NCBI GenBank assembly: GCA_028709785.1
Contig: JAQUTK010000003.1
Coordinates: forward strand, 7,607-71,606
Length of the DNA: 64,000 nucleotides
Source: Bacteroidales bacterium
GTDB taxonomy: Bacteria; Bacteroidota; Bacteroidia; Bacteroidales; JAQUTK01
Direction: 5' to 3'
The notes beneath the pieces are model-generated. The model did no database searches. It worked only from the letters and a program-made list of their open reading frames with translations, and was not told where the DNA came from. Each line of letters starts with the position of its first letter. Within the stretch, counting starts at the first letter, position 1. Of the stretch, positions 7,801 through 17,535 are shown one piece after another. Made by a program: the position numbers and the translations under genes.

Positions 7801-7840
7801 AAAAAGAGAAAGGGCTGCCCCGATACCTCGAAGCCGCCCT
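7801..7840 (-). terminator. Probable intrinsic terminator after the fucosidase gene
   Basis: Minus strand: AGGGCGGC / GCAGCCCT stem (one mismatch), 14-nt loop, then TTCTCTTTTT. Confidence 0.45.
7805..7834. repeat. Copy 2 of the 30-nt direct repeat
   Basis: 29/30 identical to 3932-3961. Here it forms the 5' arm and loop of the fucosidase terminator hairpin. Confidence 0.85.
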
Positions 7841-7865
7841 GATTTACTAAGAATTCAGTACCAGT

Positions 7866-9509
7866 CTATCTGGTAATCTTAAATACCGGTGATATTTTGT
7901 TCACGTTCTTTTCCGGTAATTCAATCACAAGTCCGACATTTGTTCTGGTAAATGGAACCTTTCCATAACCAAGCAATTCGACTTTCTTTATAGTTTCGGG
8001 GTATAGGTTGCTATTCTCAGACAAAGATTTGATCGTTACTTTTCTGGCTTCCGGCCAGGCAAGAAGTGATGCATACAGTGTCTTCTTATTTTGTGTAAAA
8101 CGGATCTCTTCAGCGGTAGCCCTTTCATTCTTACCTTCATTAAAGCCTTGTGCGTTAAGTGGGTTTGAAGATTCAGCAATAGGTCCTTCTCCGAAGATCT
8201 TCCACGGACGGGTATTGACGATACACTCCTTGTTATCTTTCATCCACTCACCGATACCTTTAAGTATTGCTATCTCCTTCTCATCAATGGTGCCATCTCC
8301 GCGAACCGGGACACTCAGCAGCAAGTTTCCGTTCTTGCTGACAATGTCGATCAACAGTTTGATGACACTCGCGGCAGACTTATAGCTGTTATGCTCATAA
8401 ATAGAGGTGGTATAATGCCAGCCTCCGATGCAGGAGCAGGACTGCCATGGCTTTTCCTGAATTTTGTCTGGCGCTCCTTTCTCCACATCCCATGTCAATG
8501 CGTCTTTTTGTTCATCGGTCAGAATCTTGCCAAACAAGACCGCTTCCATCTTCCCTTTGTGAGTCGCCATGCTATGGTTGTAATAGTGAGCGGCAATCTT
8601 CATTCCGGCATCGCTGACAGGGTACAAAGGCAATGTTGTATCGTCAAAGTAAAGTAAATCCGGGTTGTATTGATTGATCATCTGAACCGTACGTTCGTAG
8701 AAGTTGGTGCAGTATTTCTCTGAAGGCATTGTTGCGCCATTTTCCCAACCCCACTGTGAGTGAATCGTGCCTGTGTTTTCGCTTCCTTTGCTTAAAGGAT
8801 GGTTTTGTGCATAGAGATCTTGTGGGTCATAACCTTCCCACCACTTTCCTTTACCATCTTCTTTGGTCAAATTGCCATCGTAAGGAATACCGGCTTTATC
8901 CCCTTTCTTGTCAGCTCTTTGCGCAGTTTCGTACCATAGCCAAGCGTGTGCGGCATGAATGCTGACACCAAAAGGAAGTTTGTTTTTCCGTGCTGCTTTC
9001 GCCCATTCTCCGATAATATCTCTCTTCGGCCCCATGTTTACTGAGTTCCATGGTTGGTATTTACTATCCCAAAGGTCCATATTATCATGATGATTGCCCA
9101 TCGCAAAGAAATATTGTGCTCCAATCTCTTTGTAAAACGTCACCAGCTTTTCAGGATCCCATTTTTCTGCTTTCCAGATATGAATGATATCCTTAAAACC
9201 GAATTCAGAAGGATGTCCATAATTCTTTACATGATAGTTATACGGATAGGAACCCTCATCGTACATGAAACGAGCCATCCAGTCGCCGGTGCCCTCCACA
9301 CATTGCGGTCCCCAGTGTGCCCAGATTCCAAACTTTACATTCCGAAACCATTCCGGAGCTTCATACTGTTTCAATGATTCCCAGGTTGGCTCAAATTTTC
9401 CCTGCATCATCTTCTCATTTTGTTCGGAAACCTTTACGGGGAAGTCCTGTGCGAGCACACTGCCAACAGTTAGCAGGAAAACAGATGCTGTGATTAGTAT
9501 TTTATTCAT
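7866..9509 (-). CDS. Alpha-L-fucosidase (GH29)
   Basis: Signal peptide. GH29 hallmarks FGIWAHWGPQ, YFFAMGNHHDNMDLWDS, SIHA..W. Confidence 0.85.
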   Translation of the reverse strand: MNKILITASVFLLTVGSVLAQDFPVKVSEQNEKMMQGKFEPTWESLKQYEAPEWFRNVKFGIWAHWGPQCVEGTGDWMARFMYDEGSYPYNYHVKNYGHPSEFGFKDIIHIWKAEKWDPEKLVTFYKEIGAQYFFAMGNHHDNMDLWDSKYQPWNSVNMGPKRDIIGEWAKAARKNKLPFGVSIHAAHAWLWYETAQRADKKGDKAGIPYDGNLTKEDGKGKWWEGYDPQDLYAQNHPLSKGSENTGTIHSQWGWENGATMPSEKYCTNFYERTVQMINQYNPDLLYFDDTTLPLYPVSDAGMKIAAHYYNHSMATHKGKMEAVLFGKILTDEQKDALTWDVEKGAPDKIQEKPWQSCSCIGGWHYTTSIYEHNSYKSAASVIKLLIDIVSKNGNLLLSVPVRGDGTIDEKEIAILKGIGEWMKDNKECIVNTRPWKIFGEGPIAESSNPLNAQGFNEGKNERATAEEIRFTQNKKTLYASLLAWPEARKVTIKSLSENSNLYPETIKKVELLGYGKVPFTRTNVGLVIELPEKNVNKISPVFKITR

Positions 9510-9592
9510 TTTTGTTCAGATATTAAAGTTTCTATCATGGTGATTCAAAGATCCGGTTTGTTCACGACAAGATATATGTGTTGTTTGTGCTG

Positions 9593-9600
9593 CAAATATA
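9593..9600 (-). promoter_or_regulatory. Candidate -7 box for the fucosidase gene
   Basis: Minus strand TATATTTG, 84 nt upstream of ATG 9509. Confidence 0.4.
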
Positions 9601-9720
9601 GAGTATTCTCCCGGTAGGAGAGATATACAAATCCGACGAGCAATAGAACAAAATCGATATTTAAAATGTAATTATCTGATTTATTACTATATTCGCATTC
9701 ATTATATCGATAATAACATT

Positions 9721-10593
9721 ATGTCAGGATCTGCAGACAGTTTGAATCTCTTGTTATTGAATGTCGGACTTGCCACACACAATGCCGATTGGAACTGGAA
9801 GGACATCAGTAGCCCTTTCACCCGTATTTATTATGTGGCGGAAGGTAGTGCCTCTCTACTGCTACCCGGTGGTGTGCAAGAGCTGAAAGAAAATCACCTC
9901 TATCTGATTCCGGCATTTTCGGTACACAGCTATCAGTGTAATGCACATTTCTCCCATTATTACATCCATTTATATGAAGATACACGTACAAAAACAAGTT
10001 TCTTCGAAGAGTGGGATTTCCCTGTCGAGGTTTGCGCTAATCACTTGGATCTGGATCTGGTAAAGAGGCTGTGCGAAATAAATCCGGCGATGAAACTGAA
10101 ACAATCGAATCCAAATACGTATGATAATAATCCGACTCTGATCCAGAATATCATAAAGAATAAGCAGCGGGCACTCTTTGAGCGTATTGAATCGCGAGGT
10201 ATCACGTATCAACTATTTTCCCGTTTTCTGAAAGATGCCAAGCCAAAGATTGAGGTGACAGATGACCGGATTCAGAAGGTGATGACCTTCATCCGTAAAA
10301 ATATCTATGAGAAAATGACTATCAGCCAGTTGTCAGAGATCTGCAATCTCTCCGATGATCATCTGATCAAACTTTTCAAGAAGGAAACCGGTAGTACGCC
10401 ACTTCAATACATTAATCACAAAAAGATTGAGAAAGCGCAACTCATCCTCGCCTTCAATGATACGCCCATCAAAAATGTAGCGTATGCGCTTTCGTTTGAA
10501 AATCACTCTTACTTCAATCGTCTCTTTAAAGCTACGACAAGTATGACACCGCAGGAATACCGCGATTCTCACAATGGTCTTTCCAAATCCTGA
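9721..10593 (+). CDS. AraC family transcriptional regulator (cupin-like N-domain + HTH)
   Basis: C-terminal HTH region ISQLSEICNLSDDHLIKLFKKETGSTPLQYINHKKIEKAQ...FENHSYFNRLFKATTSMTPQEYR. Divergent from the fucosidase gene. Confidence 0.8.
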   Translation: MSGSADSLNLLLLNVGLATHNADWNWKDISSPFTRIYYVAEGSASLLLPGGVQELKENHLYLIPAFSVHSYQCNAHFSHYYIHLYEDTRTKTSFFEEWDFPVEVCANHLDLDLVKRLCEINPAMKLKQSNPNTYDNNPTLIQNIIKNKQRALFERIESRGITYQLFSRFLKDAKPKIEVTDDRIQKVMTFIRKNIYEKMTISQLSEICNLSDDHLIKLFKKETGSTPLQYINHKKIEKAQLILAFNDTPIKNVAYALSFENHSYFNRLFKATTSMTPQEYRDSHNGLSKS

Positions 10594-10797
10594 ATAGGAC
10601 AGGAAGGAGAGATCTTTCAGGAGGTTCTTTGATCGGAAGTTTGTGTTTGAGGGTTGTGCCAGTGAAATATTGGAGTATTAAAACCTTTTTACTGGTATTT
10701 CGGAAAAAATGACTGTTTCAGTAGTCGTGAAATATCAATACGTTTTTTTAACCGTATGAAATAATTGTACGAACCTCTCCTTTCATAAGTTTTTCAT

Positions 10798-10805
10798 TAT
10801 CTTTG
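10798..10805 (+). promoter_or_regulatory. Candidate -7 box for the thrE-like gene pair
   Basis: TATCTTTG, 74 nt upstream of ATG 10879. Confidence 0.45.
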
Positions 10806-10878
10806 AAACCGCGGAAAGAAACTTTCTCGTGTAAAGGCCGATACTATTTTATCCATCTATCAAACGATAATTTAACCT

Positions 10879-11652
10879 ATGGATATTCATTCTGAACTCA
10901 AAGAATTATCAAAATTCTTATCAGATTACTCGACATGTCTGATGGCTGTGGGTACCCATACTTCCCGGGTAGTCAGAAATACGTCGCGTATAGCACAGTC
11001 ATTTGGTTTTTTTGCTGATATGACTATCTTTCAAAAGACCATAATTATGACTTTACGGGATAAAGATAATTCTCATTCATACAGTACGGTGAATAAGATC
11101 AAACCGATGGCACTGAACTTTGAAATCAATTCCAGACTCAGTTCGCTGAGTTGGGAAGCCTATGATGAGCATCTGTCGTTGGAGCAACTCAGAAGTCAGT
11201 ATAATGAAATAGTCAGTAAACCCAGGATCAATAAGTGGATTGTCCTCTTGCTGGTAGCATGTGCAAATGCTTCATTTTGTCGTCTCTTTTCCGGAGACTG
11301 GCAGGCAATGTGTACTGTCTTTGTAGCCACATTAGTAGGTTTCTTTATCCGTCAAAAGATGATGGAGAAACATATAAATCATTTATTTGTGTTTATCGCA
11401 TCTTCCTTTTTCGCTTCAATGATTGCCAGTTTGGCCACTATTTATCATTTTGGCAATACACCTCAAATTGCGCTTGGTACCAGTGTTCTTTTCCTTATTC
11501 CGGGTGTGCCTCTGATTAACGGTGTTCTTGATATTATTGAAGGTCATGCGCTGGCCGGAGTTTCACGCCTGATTAACGCAGCTTTGTTAATTATCTGTTT
11601 GGCAATAGGTCTGTCACTTACCTTATTATTAATAGGAGTAAATGCTTTATGA
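10879..11652 (+). CDS. Threonine/serine exporter family protein (ThrE N-terminal/DUF1212-type half)
   Basis: 257 aa with multiple TM segments and a LFLIPGVPLINGVLD motif. Its stop overlaps the next start (ATGA at 11649-11652). Confidence 0.75.
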   Translation: MDIHSELKELSKFLSDYSTCLMAVGTHTSRVVRNTSRIAQSFGFFADMTIFQKTIIMTLRDKDNSHSYSTVNKIKPMALNFEINSRLSSLSWEAYDEHLSLEQLRSQYNEIVSKPRINKWIVLLLVACANASFCRLFSGDWQAMCTVFVATLVGFFIRQKMMEKHINHLFVFIASSFFASMIASLATIYHFGNTPQIALGTSVLFLIPGVPLINGVLDIIEGHALAGVSRLINAALLIICLAIGLSLTLLLIGVNAL

Positions 11653-12215
11653 TGAACTCTGATTTTATTACTGCAATTATTTTTGATTGCTTCTTTGCGG
11701 CGGTTGCTTCAATAGGATTTGCTGTTATCTCTAATCCTCCCCGTAAAGCGATTCTTGTTTCTGCTTTTCTAGCAGCAGTAGGTCATGGCTTTCGTTATTT
11801 CCTTTTGAAAGGTACCTCGTTGGATATCTCGAGTGCTTCTTTTATTGCCGCGTTTATAATAGGTATGCTCAGTATTCTCTTTGCAAAGAAGATCCATTGT
11901 CCGGCGGAAGTCTTCTCTTTTCCTTCGTTGCTTCCTATGATTCCGGGAATGTACGCCTATAAGACAGTGCTGGCTTCTGTGAAATTTATACAGTGTGAGG
12001 ATTATCCATCTTCCATAAACATTATTGTCGATATCTTCAGAAATGGAACAACAACAGTCTTTGTCTTGTTTGCGCTTGTTGTGGGAGTCTCTGTCCCCAT
12101 GTTTATCTTTCATAATCAGACATTCTCAGTCACGCGTATTCTTAAGTTTGTGAACAAGGACAGGCGTATTCTCGACAAACCCCGTGTTGAAATTGAACAA
12201 ATTGATGAACGATAG
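11649..12215 (+). CDS. Threonine/serine exporter family protein (ThrE C-terminal/DUF3815-type half)
   Basis: 188-aa polytopic membrane protein, translationally coupled to the preceding half. This two-gene arrangement is usual for the family. Confidence 0.7.
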   Translation: MMNSDFITAIIFDCFFAAVASIGFAVISNPPRKAILVSAFLAAVGHGFRYFLLKGTSLDISSASFIAAFIIGMLSILFAKKIHCPAEVFSFPSLLPMIPGMYAYKTVLASVKFIQCEDYPSSINIIVDIFRNGTTTVFVLFALVVGVSVPMFIFHNQTFSVTRILKFVNKDRRILDKPRVEIEQIDER

Positions 12216-12235
12216 TTTCGTGCCTTTTTCTCAAT

Positions 12236-12276
12236 AAACAGAAATAGCCTGCTGATTCAGCAGGCTATTTCTGTTT
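12236..12276. terminator. Bidirectional intrinsic terminator between the convergent thrE-like and aspC-like genes
   Basis: Perfect palindrome AAACAGAAATAGCCTGCTGA-T-TCAGCAGGCTATTTCTGTTT, with an A-run on the left and a T-run on the right. Confidence 0.7.
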
Positions 12277-12293
12277 GTCGAGAAGAGAAAAGT

Positions 12294-13490
12294 TTATTTC
12301 TTCAGTTTAGCCAGTGTATCCTTGATTCGTTTCAACGCTTCCACCAGATTCTCGTCAGAAGTGGCATAGGATAGACGAAGACAATTGTCATCACCAAAGT
12401 CGTTGCCGCCTACACAAGCAACATGACCTTCCATTAAAATAAACATCGTCAGGTCTGCGATATTATTAATCTTTGTCTCTCCATAAGATGTTCCGAAGTA
12501 GGAAGAGCAATCAGGAAAGAGATAGAAGGCACCTTCAGGATTATTCACCTTAAGTCCGGGAATCTCTTTAGCGAGCTTGACCACAAGGTTTTTTCTTCGT
12601 TCAAAAGCTTTTCGCATCTGTTCTACAGATTCCTGCTCTCCGCTGAAAGCAGACTCTGCAGCTTTTTGAGAGACTGAGCATGGGCCGGAAGTATATTGTC
12701 CTTGAAGTTTATTGCTGGCTTTTGCTATTGCAAGAGGGGCGGCAATAAAACCAATTCTCCATCCAGTCATTGCATAAGCTTTGGAAACTCCGTTTACAAC
12801 GACAACACGCTCTTTGATTTCGGGGAACTGAGCAATACTTTCATGTTTGCCAATATAGTTTATATGCTCGTAGATTTCATCTGAGATAACAATGATATTG
12901 GGGTATTTTACCAAGACATCAACCAATCCTTTCAGCTCTTCTTTGTTATAAACACTACCTGTTGGATTGGAAGGAGAGCAGAGAATTAAAGCCTTTGTCT
13001 TAGGAGTAATCGCAGCTTCCAGCTGTGCCGGAGTAATTTTGAAGTTTTGATCAATACTAGCAGGAACAATGACGTTTTTTCCTTCTGCAAGTTTAACCAT
13101 TTCAACATAACTCACCCAGAATGGAGCGGGGATAATCACTTCATCGCCCGGATCAATGATACACAAAATGGTGTTGCACACCGATTGTTTTGCACCATTT
13201 GAACAGACAATCTGATCGGCTGTGTAGTCGAGTCCATTTTCATTCTTAAGTTTGGCAACAATCGCATTACGGAGCCCCGGATAACCTGGAACCGGTGAAT
13301 AAAAAGAAAAATTGTTATCCACAGCCTTTTTTGCTGCTTCTTTAATTGAGTCAGGTGTAAAAAAGTCGGGTTCCCCCACACTTAGATTGATTACATCAAT
13401 CCCCTGAGCTTTGAGTTCATTGCTTTTTTGGGACATCGCCAGAGTTGCCGAAGGCGACAAACTGTTAAGACGTGCTGAAATAAGACTCAT
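12294..13490 (-). CDS. aspC: Pyridoxal-phosphate-dependent class I aminotransferase (aspartate aminotransferase type)
   Basis: MSLISARLNSLSPSATLAM..., INLSVGEPDF, PLP-lysine context NGVSKAYAMTGWRIG. ATG 13490 chosen over the 13-codon longer ORF. Confidence 0.85.
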   Translation of the reverse strand: MSLISARLNSLSPSATLAMSQKSNELKAQGIDVINLSVGEPDFFTPDSIKEAAKKAVDNNFSFYSPVPGYPGLRNAIVAKLKNENGLDYTADQIVCSNGAKQSVCNTILCIIDPGDEVIIPAPFWVSYVEMVKLAEGKNVIVPASIDQNFKITPAQLEAAITPKTKALILCSPSNPTGSVYNKEELKGLVDVLVKYPNIIVISDEIYEHINYIGKHESIAQFPEIKERVVVVNGVSKAYAMTGWRIGFIAAPLAIAKASNKLQGQYTSGPCSVSQKAAESAFSGEQESVEQMRKAFERRKNLVVKLAKEIPGLKVNNPEGAFYLFPDCSSYFGTSYGETKINNIADLTMFILMEGHVACVGGNDFGDDNCLRLSYATSDENLVEALKRIKDTLAKLKK

Positions 13491-13588
13491 AATGTATAAA
13501 TAATTAAGTATTGATAGTTTGGGGTGCAAAATAACGCAACATTTATCATAAAAACAATGTCATTGATAACAATAAGACTGCAAATAAC

Positions 13589-14806
13589 TTATTTTATGTT
13601 CCTCAATGTATGGCCCATCCGGTCTTTCTTCGTTTTAAGATATCGTTCGTTGTATTGATTGGGAGTAATCTCTATAGGCACATTTTCTACAATCTGCAGG
13701 CCATATGCTTCCAGTCCGATGCGTTTGACAGGATTATTGGTCATCAGTCGCATCTTGTGAATACCAAGTTCGCGTAGAATTTCAGCACCTACACCATAAT
13801 CACGCTCATCTGCATTGAACCCGAGGTGCAGATTTGCTTCTACGGTATCAAGCCCTTGTTCTTGTAATTTATAGGCTTTGATTTTGTTCATCAGACCAAT
13901 TCCGCGACCTTCCTGGTTCATATAAACAACCACACCTTTTCCGGCCTTTTCAATCTCCTGCATTGCTTTGTGTAATTGCTCGCCGCATTCACATCGACAG
14001 GAAGAGAAGATGTCGCCGGTCATACAAGATGAGTGAACACGTACAAGAACAGGTTCCTCTTTCTCCCACGTTCCTTTAATCAGAGCGACGTGTTCCAAAC
14101 CATTTGAAAGTTGCTTGAATGGTATTAAACGAAAATGACCATATTCGGTTGGCATATCTACTTCGATTCCTTTCTCAACGATTGATTCTGCCTGCAATCG
14201 GTATGCAATCAAATCTTTAATTGTGACAATCTTGATTCCAAAGCGTTTACCGACTTCAATGAGTTGAGGCAAACGTGCCATTGTGCCATCTTCATTAATA
14301 ATTTCAATCAGAGCACCTGCGGGAGAGAGTCCGGCAAGACGGGCTAAGTCGACCGCCGCTTCTGTATGTCCGGCACGGCGAAGGACCCCTCTCGATCGGG
14401 CACGCAATGGATTTATGTGTCCTGGACGCCCTAAATCTTCCGGTTTCGTTTTCGGATCTGCAAGTGCACGTATTGTTGCTGCGCGGTCATGCATGGAAAC
14501 TCCTGTTGTGCATCCGTTTTTCAGCATGTCGACAGTTACCGTGAAAGGCGTTTCATAAATTGACGTGTTATTATTAACCTGCATTTCAAGGTCCAGTTCT
14601 TTGCAGCGTTCTTCAGTAATGGGAGCGCAAAGCACACCTCTTCCATAGGTAACCATGAAGTTTACTTTTTCTTCTGTTACTTTCTCGGCAGCAATAATAA
14701 AGTCTCCTTCATTCTCCCGGTCTTCATCATCAACGACAATCAGAAATTTACCATCCCGGATATCATTGATAGCCTCTTCAATCGTGTTTAATTTGTAATC
14801 ATTCAT
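13589..14806 (-). CDS. ribBA: Bifunctional 3,4-dihydroxy-2-butanone-4-phosphate synthase / GTP cyclohydrolase II
   Basis: DRENEGDFI and [14 protein letters not shown] (DHBP synthase); [11 protein letters not shown] zinc site and EGRGIGL (GCH II). Confidence 0.9.
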   Translation of the reverse strand: MNDYKLNTIEEAINDIRDGKFLIVVDDEDRENEGDFIIAAEKVTEEKVNFMVTYGRGVLCAPITEERCKELDLEMQVNNNTSIYETPFTVTVDMLKNGCTTGVSMHDRAATIRALADPKTKPEDLGRPGHINPLRARSRGVLRRAGHTEAAVDLARLAGLSPAGALIEIINEDGTMARLPQLIEVGKRFGIKIVTIKDLIAYRLQAESIVEKGIEVDMPTEYGHFRLIPFKQLSNGLEHVALIKGTWEKEEPVLVRVHSSCMTGDIFSSCRCECGEQLHKAMQEIEKAGKGVVVYMNQEGRGIGLMNKIKAYKLQEQGLDTVEANLHLGFNADERDYGVGAEILRELGIHKMRLMTNNPVKRIGLEAYGLQIVENVPIEITPNQYNERYLKTKKDRMGHTLRNIK

Positions 14807-16698
14807 CTGTTGATGTATTTTAGAGTTATCTCGTTTAATTCTCGGTTAATACGTATGATCGTATTTAATTGTTGAAATAATTTGCCTCGTTTCAGTATTG
14901 AACGTGTATAAAAAGGAATGCCGATAGGGAACAGGAGCATACAAAGGAAGCATATTCCCTGATTGGCTATTGGCGTGTTGCATGCTTCCGGTGAAAGAAT
15001 CGGATAATCTCCAATCTTATGAATGATGAGATTGTCTTGCGTGTCTCTCAGATTGTCAATAATTAGTTCCAGGCGATCAGATATTTCTTTTAAAGGAACA
15101 TATCCTTTGTTTGTCCAGAAAGCTACGTAACCCGGTGCTTTCTTTGTGTTATCCATTATTCTGATGCATTCTTTTGTCAAGGTTGAAAGCTCATTATGTA
15201 CCATCGGATAATCAGGATCCTTCAGCGAGATTTCTTTGCGTGATATAGTGCGAACTTTCTCATGAATACTAAAGATTCTTTTGTATAAGATTACATATGC
15301 ATCCGCATTAAGAACAGCCGAATCTCTGTTTGCCTTATAGGTCAGGAAGAATCCGAGCGGAGTAAGCAATGCCGCACTCAGCCAGGTTCCTTGCCATACT
15401 TCCCAAACGCCGTTTTTCCCCATCTTGTAACCGATATTATCCATGATGTAATAGATGATAAAAAGGAGTACAGATGCAACGACAGGCATACCAAGACCTC
15501 CTTTTCGGATGATAGCTCCCAATGGAGCTCCAATCAGGAAGAAGATAATACAAGAGAATGAGAGACTGAATTTTTTGTGCCATTCGATATTATGGCGTCG
15601 CAAAATGCGTGCTTCACTTTCCATATTATCCATTCGCATGGAATATTCTGCTTTCGTCCCTTTCATTCTGCTTAGAGCTCTTTCCAGAAGATTCACCTGA
15701 TCATTTTGAGATAATCTTTGATAGACAGAATCAGGGTTGTATGAGTCATATAGTAAACGTTTTGTATCAGTTGTCCATTCATTATCTTTGGGTGGAGTGA
15801 TGCGGTTCTCGGTATATAGTAATTGAAGGGCATCATACTTTTTCATACTGTCCACTTCGACGGTCATTGAGTCGACAGTATGTTGTAGCTGCTTCAGATT
15901 CTTCGCTACATATTCGTTTTGAAGGAACCCATCATCCATGCGCTCGAAGTTTGAGTTAAATTCAATCATGATAGTCTTAGACAAGAAAGATTCTCTTCGG
16001 TAAGGGATATTCTTGGCTCCCATGGTTTGTTTTTCCAGATTCTCAAACTGTTCGCCATTGAAAAGATTCAGAACAATGAATAGCTTGTCATCTGTTATCT
16101 TCAGTCTTGCTGAATCCGCTAAGATGATTGATGCCTTGTCTGTACCTTTTGAAAAGTCGTAAATCATGATATCCTTCAGCAAACCTGTTTTGGGATCTTT
16201 GTCACGTACGAGGATACTCCTGTAAGCGATTTGCTTGTAAAAGCTTCCCACCGGAATCTGAAGTTCAGGCGACTTCTGTTTGATGGAAAGCAATAGCGAA
16301 TACATTTTTACCTGAACCTTTGGAGTGATATAGTTCTGAAAGATGATTGAGCTGAGGCTTATGAAGAGAATAAAGACAAGTAAAGGGCGCATGACATGAA
16401 GCAGTGATACACCGGCGGCTTTGACAGCCAGCAATTCAAGTTGCTCACCGAGGTTTCCAAAAGTCATTAAAGAAGCGAGTAGGATCGCTAAAGGAATAGC
16501 CTGTGGCATAAGGCTGATTGAAGCATAGACAAAGAACTCTCCCAAGACAGAGATATCTAATCCTTTGCCTACCATTTCATCCACATATTTCCAGAGAAAC
16601 TGCATCAGAAGAATGAACAGGCAAATAACGAAAGTCATAACAAGCAGCAATATAAACTTTTGCAGCATGTATGTGTAGAGTCGTTTGATTTGAATCAT
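14803..16698 (-). CDS. LptF/LptG (YjgP/YjgQ) family permease, long form with C-terminal extension
   Basis: 631 aa. N-terminal 3 TM, a periplasmic domain and 3 TM as in LptF/G, then about 160 extra residues. Its stop overlaps the ribBA start by 4 nt. Confidence 0.75.
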   Translation of the reverse strand: MIQIKRLYTYMLQKFILLLVMTFVICLFILLMQFLWKYVDEMVGKGLDISVLGEFFVYASISLMPQAIPLAILLASLMTFGNLGEQLELLAVKAAGVSLLHVMRPLLVFILFISLSSIIFQNYITPKVQVKMYSLLLSIKQKSPELQIPVGSFYKQIAYRSILVRDKDPKTGLLKDIMIYDFSKGTDKASIILADSARLKITDDKLFIVLNLFNGEQFENLEKQTMGAKNIPYRRESFLSKTIMIEFNSNFERMDDGFLQNEYVAKNLKQLQHTVDSMTVEVDSMKKYDALQLLYTENRITPPKDNEWTTDTKRLLYDSYNPDSVYQRLSQNDQVNLLERALSRMKGTKAEYSMRMDNMESEARILRRHNIEWHKKFSLSFSCIIFFLIGAPLGAIIRKGGLGMPVVASVLLFIIYYIMDNIGYKMGKNGVWEVWQGTWLSAALLTPLGFFLTYKANRDSAVLNADAYVILYKRIFSIHEKVRTISRKEISLKDPDYPMVHNELSTLTKECIRIMDNTKKAPGYVAFWTNKGYVPLKEISDRLELIIDNLRDTQDNLIIHKIGDYPILSPEACNTPIANQGICFLCMLLFPIGIPFYTRSILKRGKLFQQLNTIIRINRELNEITLKYINR

Positions 16699-16756
16699 CT
16701 GTTATCTATTAGGCAGCCTGAATGAATAAAAGAATCGCTACAGTCTTTTCAGAGAA

Positions 16757-16764
16757 CAAAAGTA
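16757..16764 (-). promoter_or_regulatory. Candidate -7 box for the lptF/G-ribBA(-aspC) unit
   Basis: Minus strand TACTTTTG, 59 nt upstream of ATG 16698. Confidence 0.5.
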
Positions 16765-16837
16765 GTGAAAAACTCTCATTCTGAAGCTAATTTAGAGAAT
16801 CTTAATCAAATCGTGTTCCAAAAAGTGGTGAATGGAT

Positions 16838-17215
16838 TTATGTCCCAAGCACTCGACGCATATTCTCAATTTGTGTATCCCATAGCATGATGGCTTCATC
16901 ACGCTCGGCATCGAAGCACGTGTCTATAATAAATAATGTGGTATCGCCGATTAATTCACTGGTCACCAAATCGTATTGGAAGAAGTCATTATCTCCGGAA
17001 TCGATCCAATGAAGTTTAAGCTTTGAACCTTCCTTTTTTTCAAGAATAGTGGCGATGTGTGGTGTTTTATTCCAATAAAAGACATATTCTTTTTCATTAC
17101 ATTCCACTTTTTCCGCAAACCATTCTTTTAATGCCAGAGGAGATGAAATCCCCATCCACAAGGCAAGAGGTGATATATTTTTGAATGAGTATTCTAATTT
17201 GACCGTATTATTCAT
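16838..17215 (-). CDS. Hypothetical protein, possibly SRPBCC/START-like fold
   Basis: 125-aa ORF with an intergenic region on both sides. The fold suggestion is only a weak recollection of similar Bacteroidales proteins. Confidence 0.45.
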   Translation of the reverse strand: MNNTVKLEYSFKNISPLALWMGISSPLALKEWFAEKVECNEKEYVFYWNKTPHIATILEKKEGSKLKLHWIDSGDNDFFQYDLVTSELIGDTTLFIIDTCFDAERDEAIMLWDTQIENMRRVLGT

Positions 17216-17369
17216 AGTCTGTAATGTTTAGTTGCGCAATTTATATAATTAAATCGACATTGTTGTAGTGAAACACCTTGAAATAATACCCCTACATCCA
17301 AGAATGTTCAAAAATCCTGTTTATACAGGTTTTTTTGAAAGAAAATCTTGTGTGTTAAAAGAAAAGTAG

Positions 17370-17377
17370 TACCTTTG
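17370..17377 (+). promoter_or_regulatory. Candidate -7 box for the tRNA(CAU) gene
   Basis: TACCTTTG, ending 17 nt before the mature tRNA 5' end. Confidence 0.55.
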
Positions 17378-17393
17378 CAGCGCAATTTACGAT

Positions 17394-17467
17394 GGCGGGA
17401 TAGCTCAGCTGGTTAGAGCGCATGATTCATAATCATGAGGTCCCGGGTTCAAGTCCCGGTCCCGCTA
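17394..17467 (+). tRNA. tRNA with CAU anticodon (elongator tRNA-Met most likely; tRNA-Ile2/lysidine not excluded)
   Basis: Hand-folded cloverleaf. Acceptor GGCGGGA/TCCCGCT (G1.T72), D stem GCTC/GAGC, anticodon stem CATGA/TCATG, loop TTCATAA, T stem CCGGG/CCCGG, T loop TTCAAGT, discriminator A. No encoded CCA. Lacks the initiator features. Confidence 0.85.
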
Positions 17468-17475
17468 CAAAAAAA

Positions 17476-17522
17476 GGAAGACGTCTGTATGAGTGCAATC
17501 TACAGACGTCTTCCTTTTTTGT
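17476..17522. terminator. Bidirectional intrinsic terminator between the tRNA and the convergent AraC gene
   Basis: GGAAGACGTCTGTA (17476-17489) pairs with TACAGACGTCTTCC (17501-17514). A7 upstream and T6 downstream. Confidence 0.75.
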
Positions 17523-17535
17523 TTACATCTCTGTT

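Noticed and set aside
14780-14830. FMN riboswitch upstream of ribBA
   Set aside because: The ribBA start codon overlaps the stop of the upstream permease gene, so no leader exists.
17241-17390. 10-nt string GCGCAATTTA present twice (17241-17250 and 17381-17390) around the tRNA promoter region
   Set aside because: It is short, and one copy sits just downstream of the tRNA -7 box (17370-17377). Chance or shared promoter-proximal composition is more likely than a specific element.
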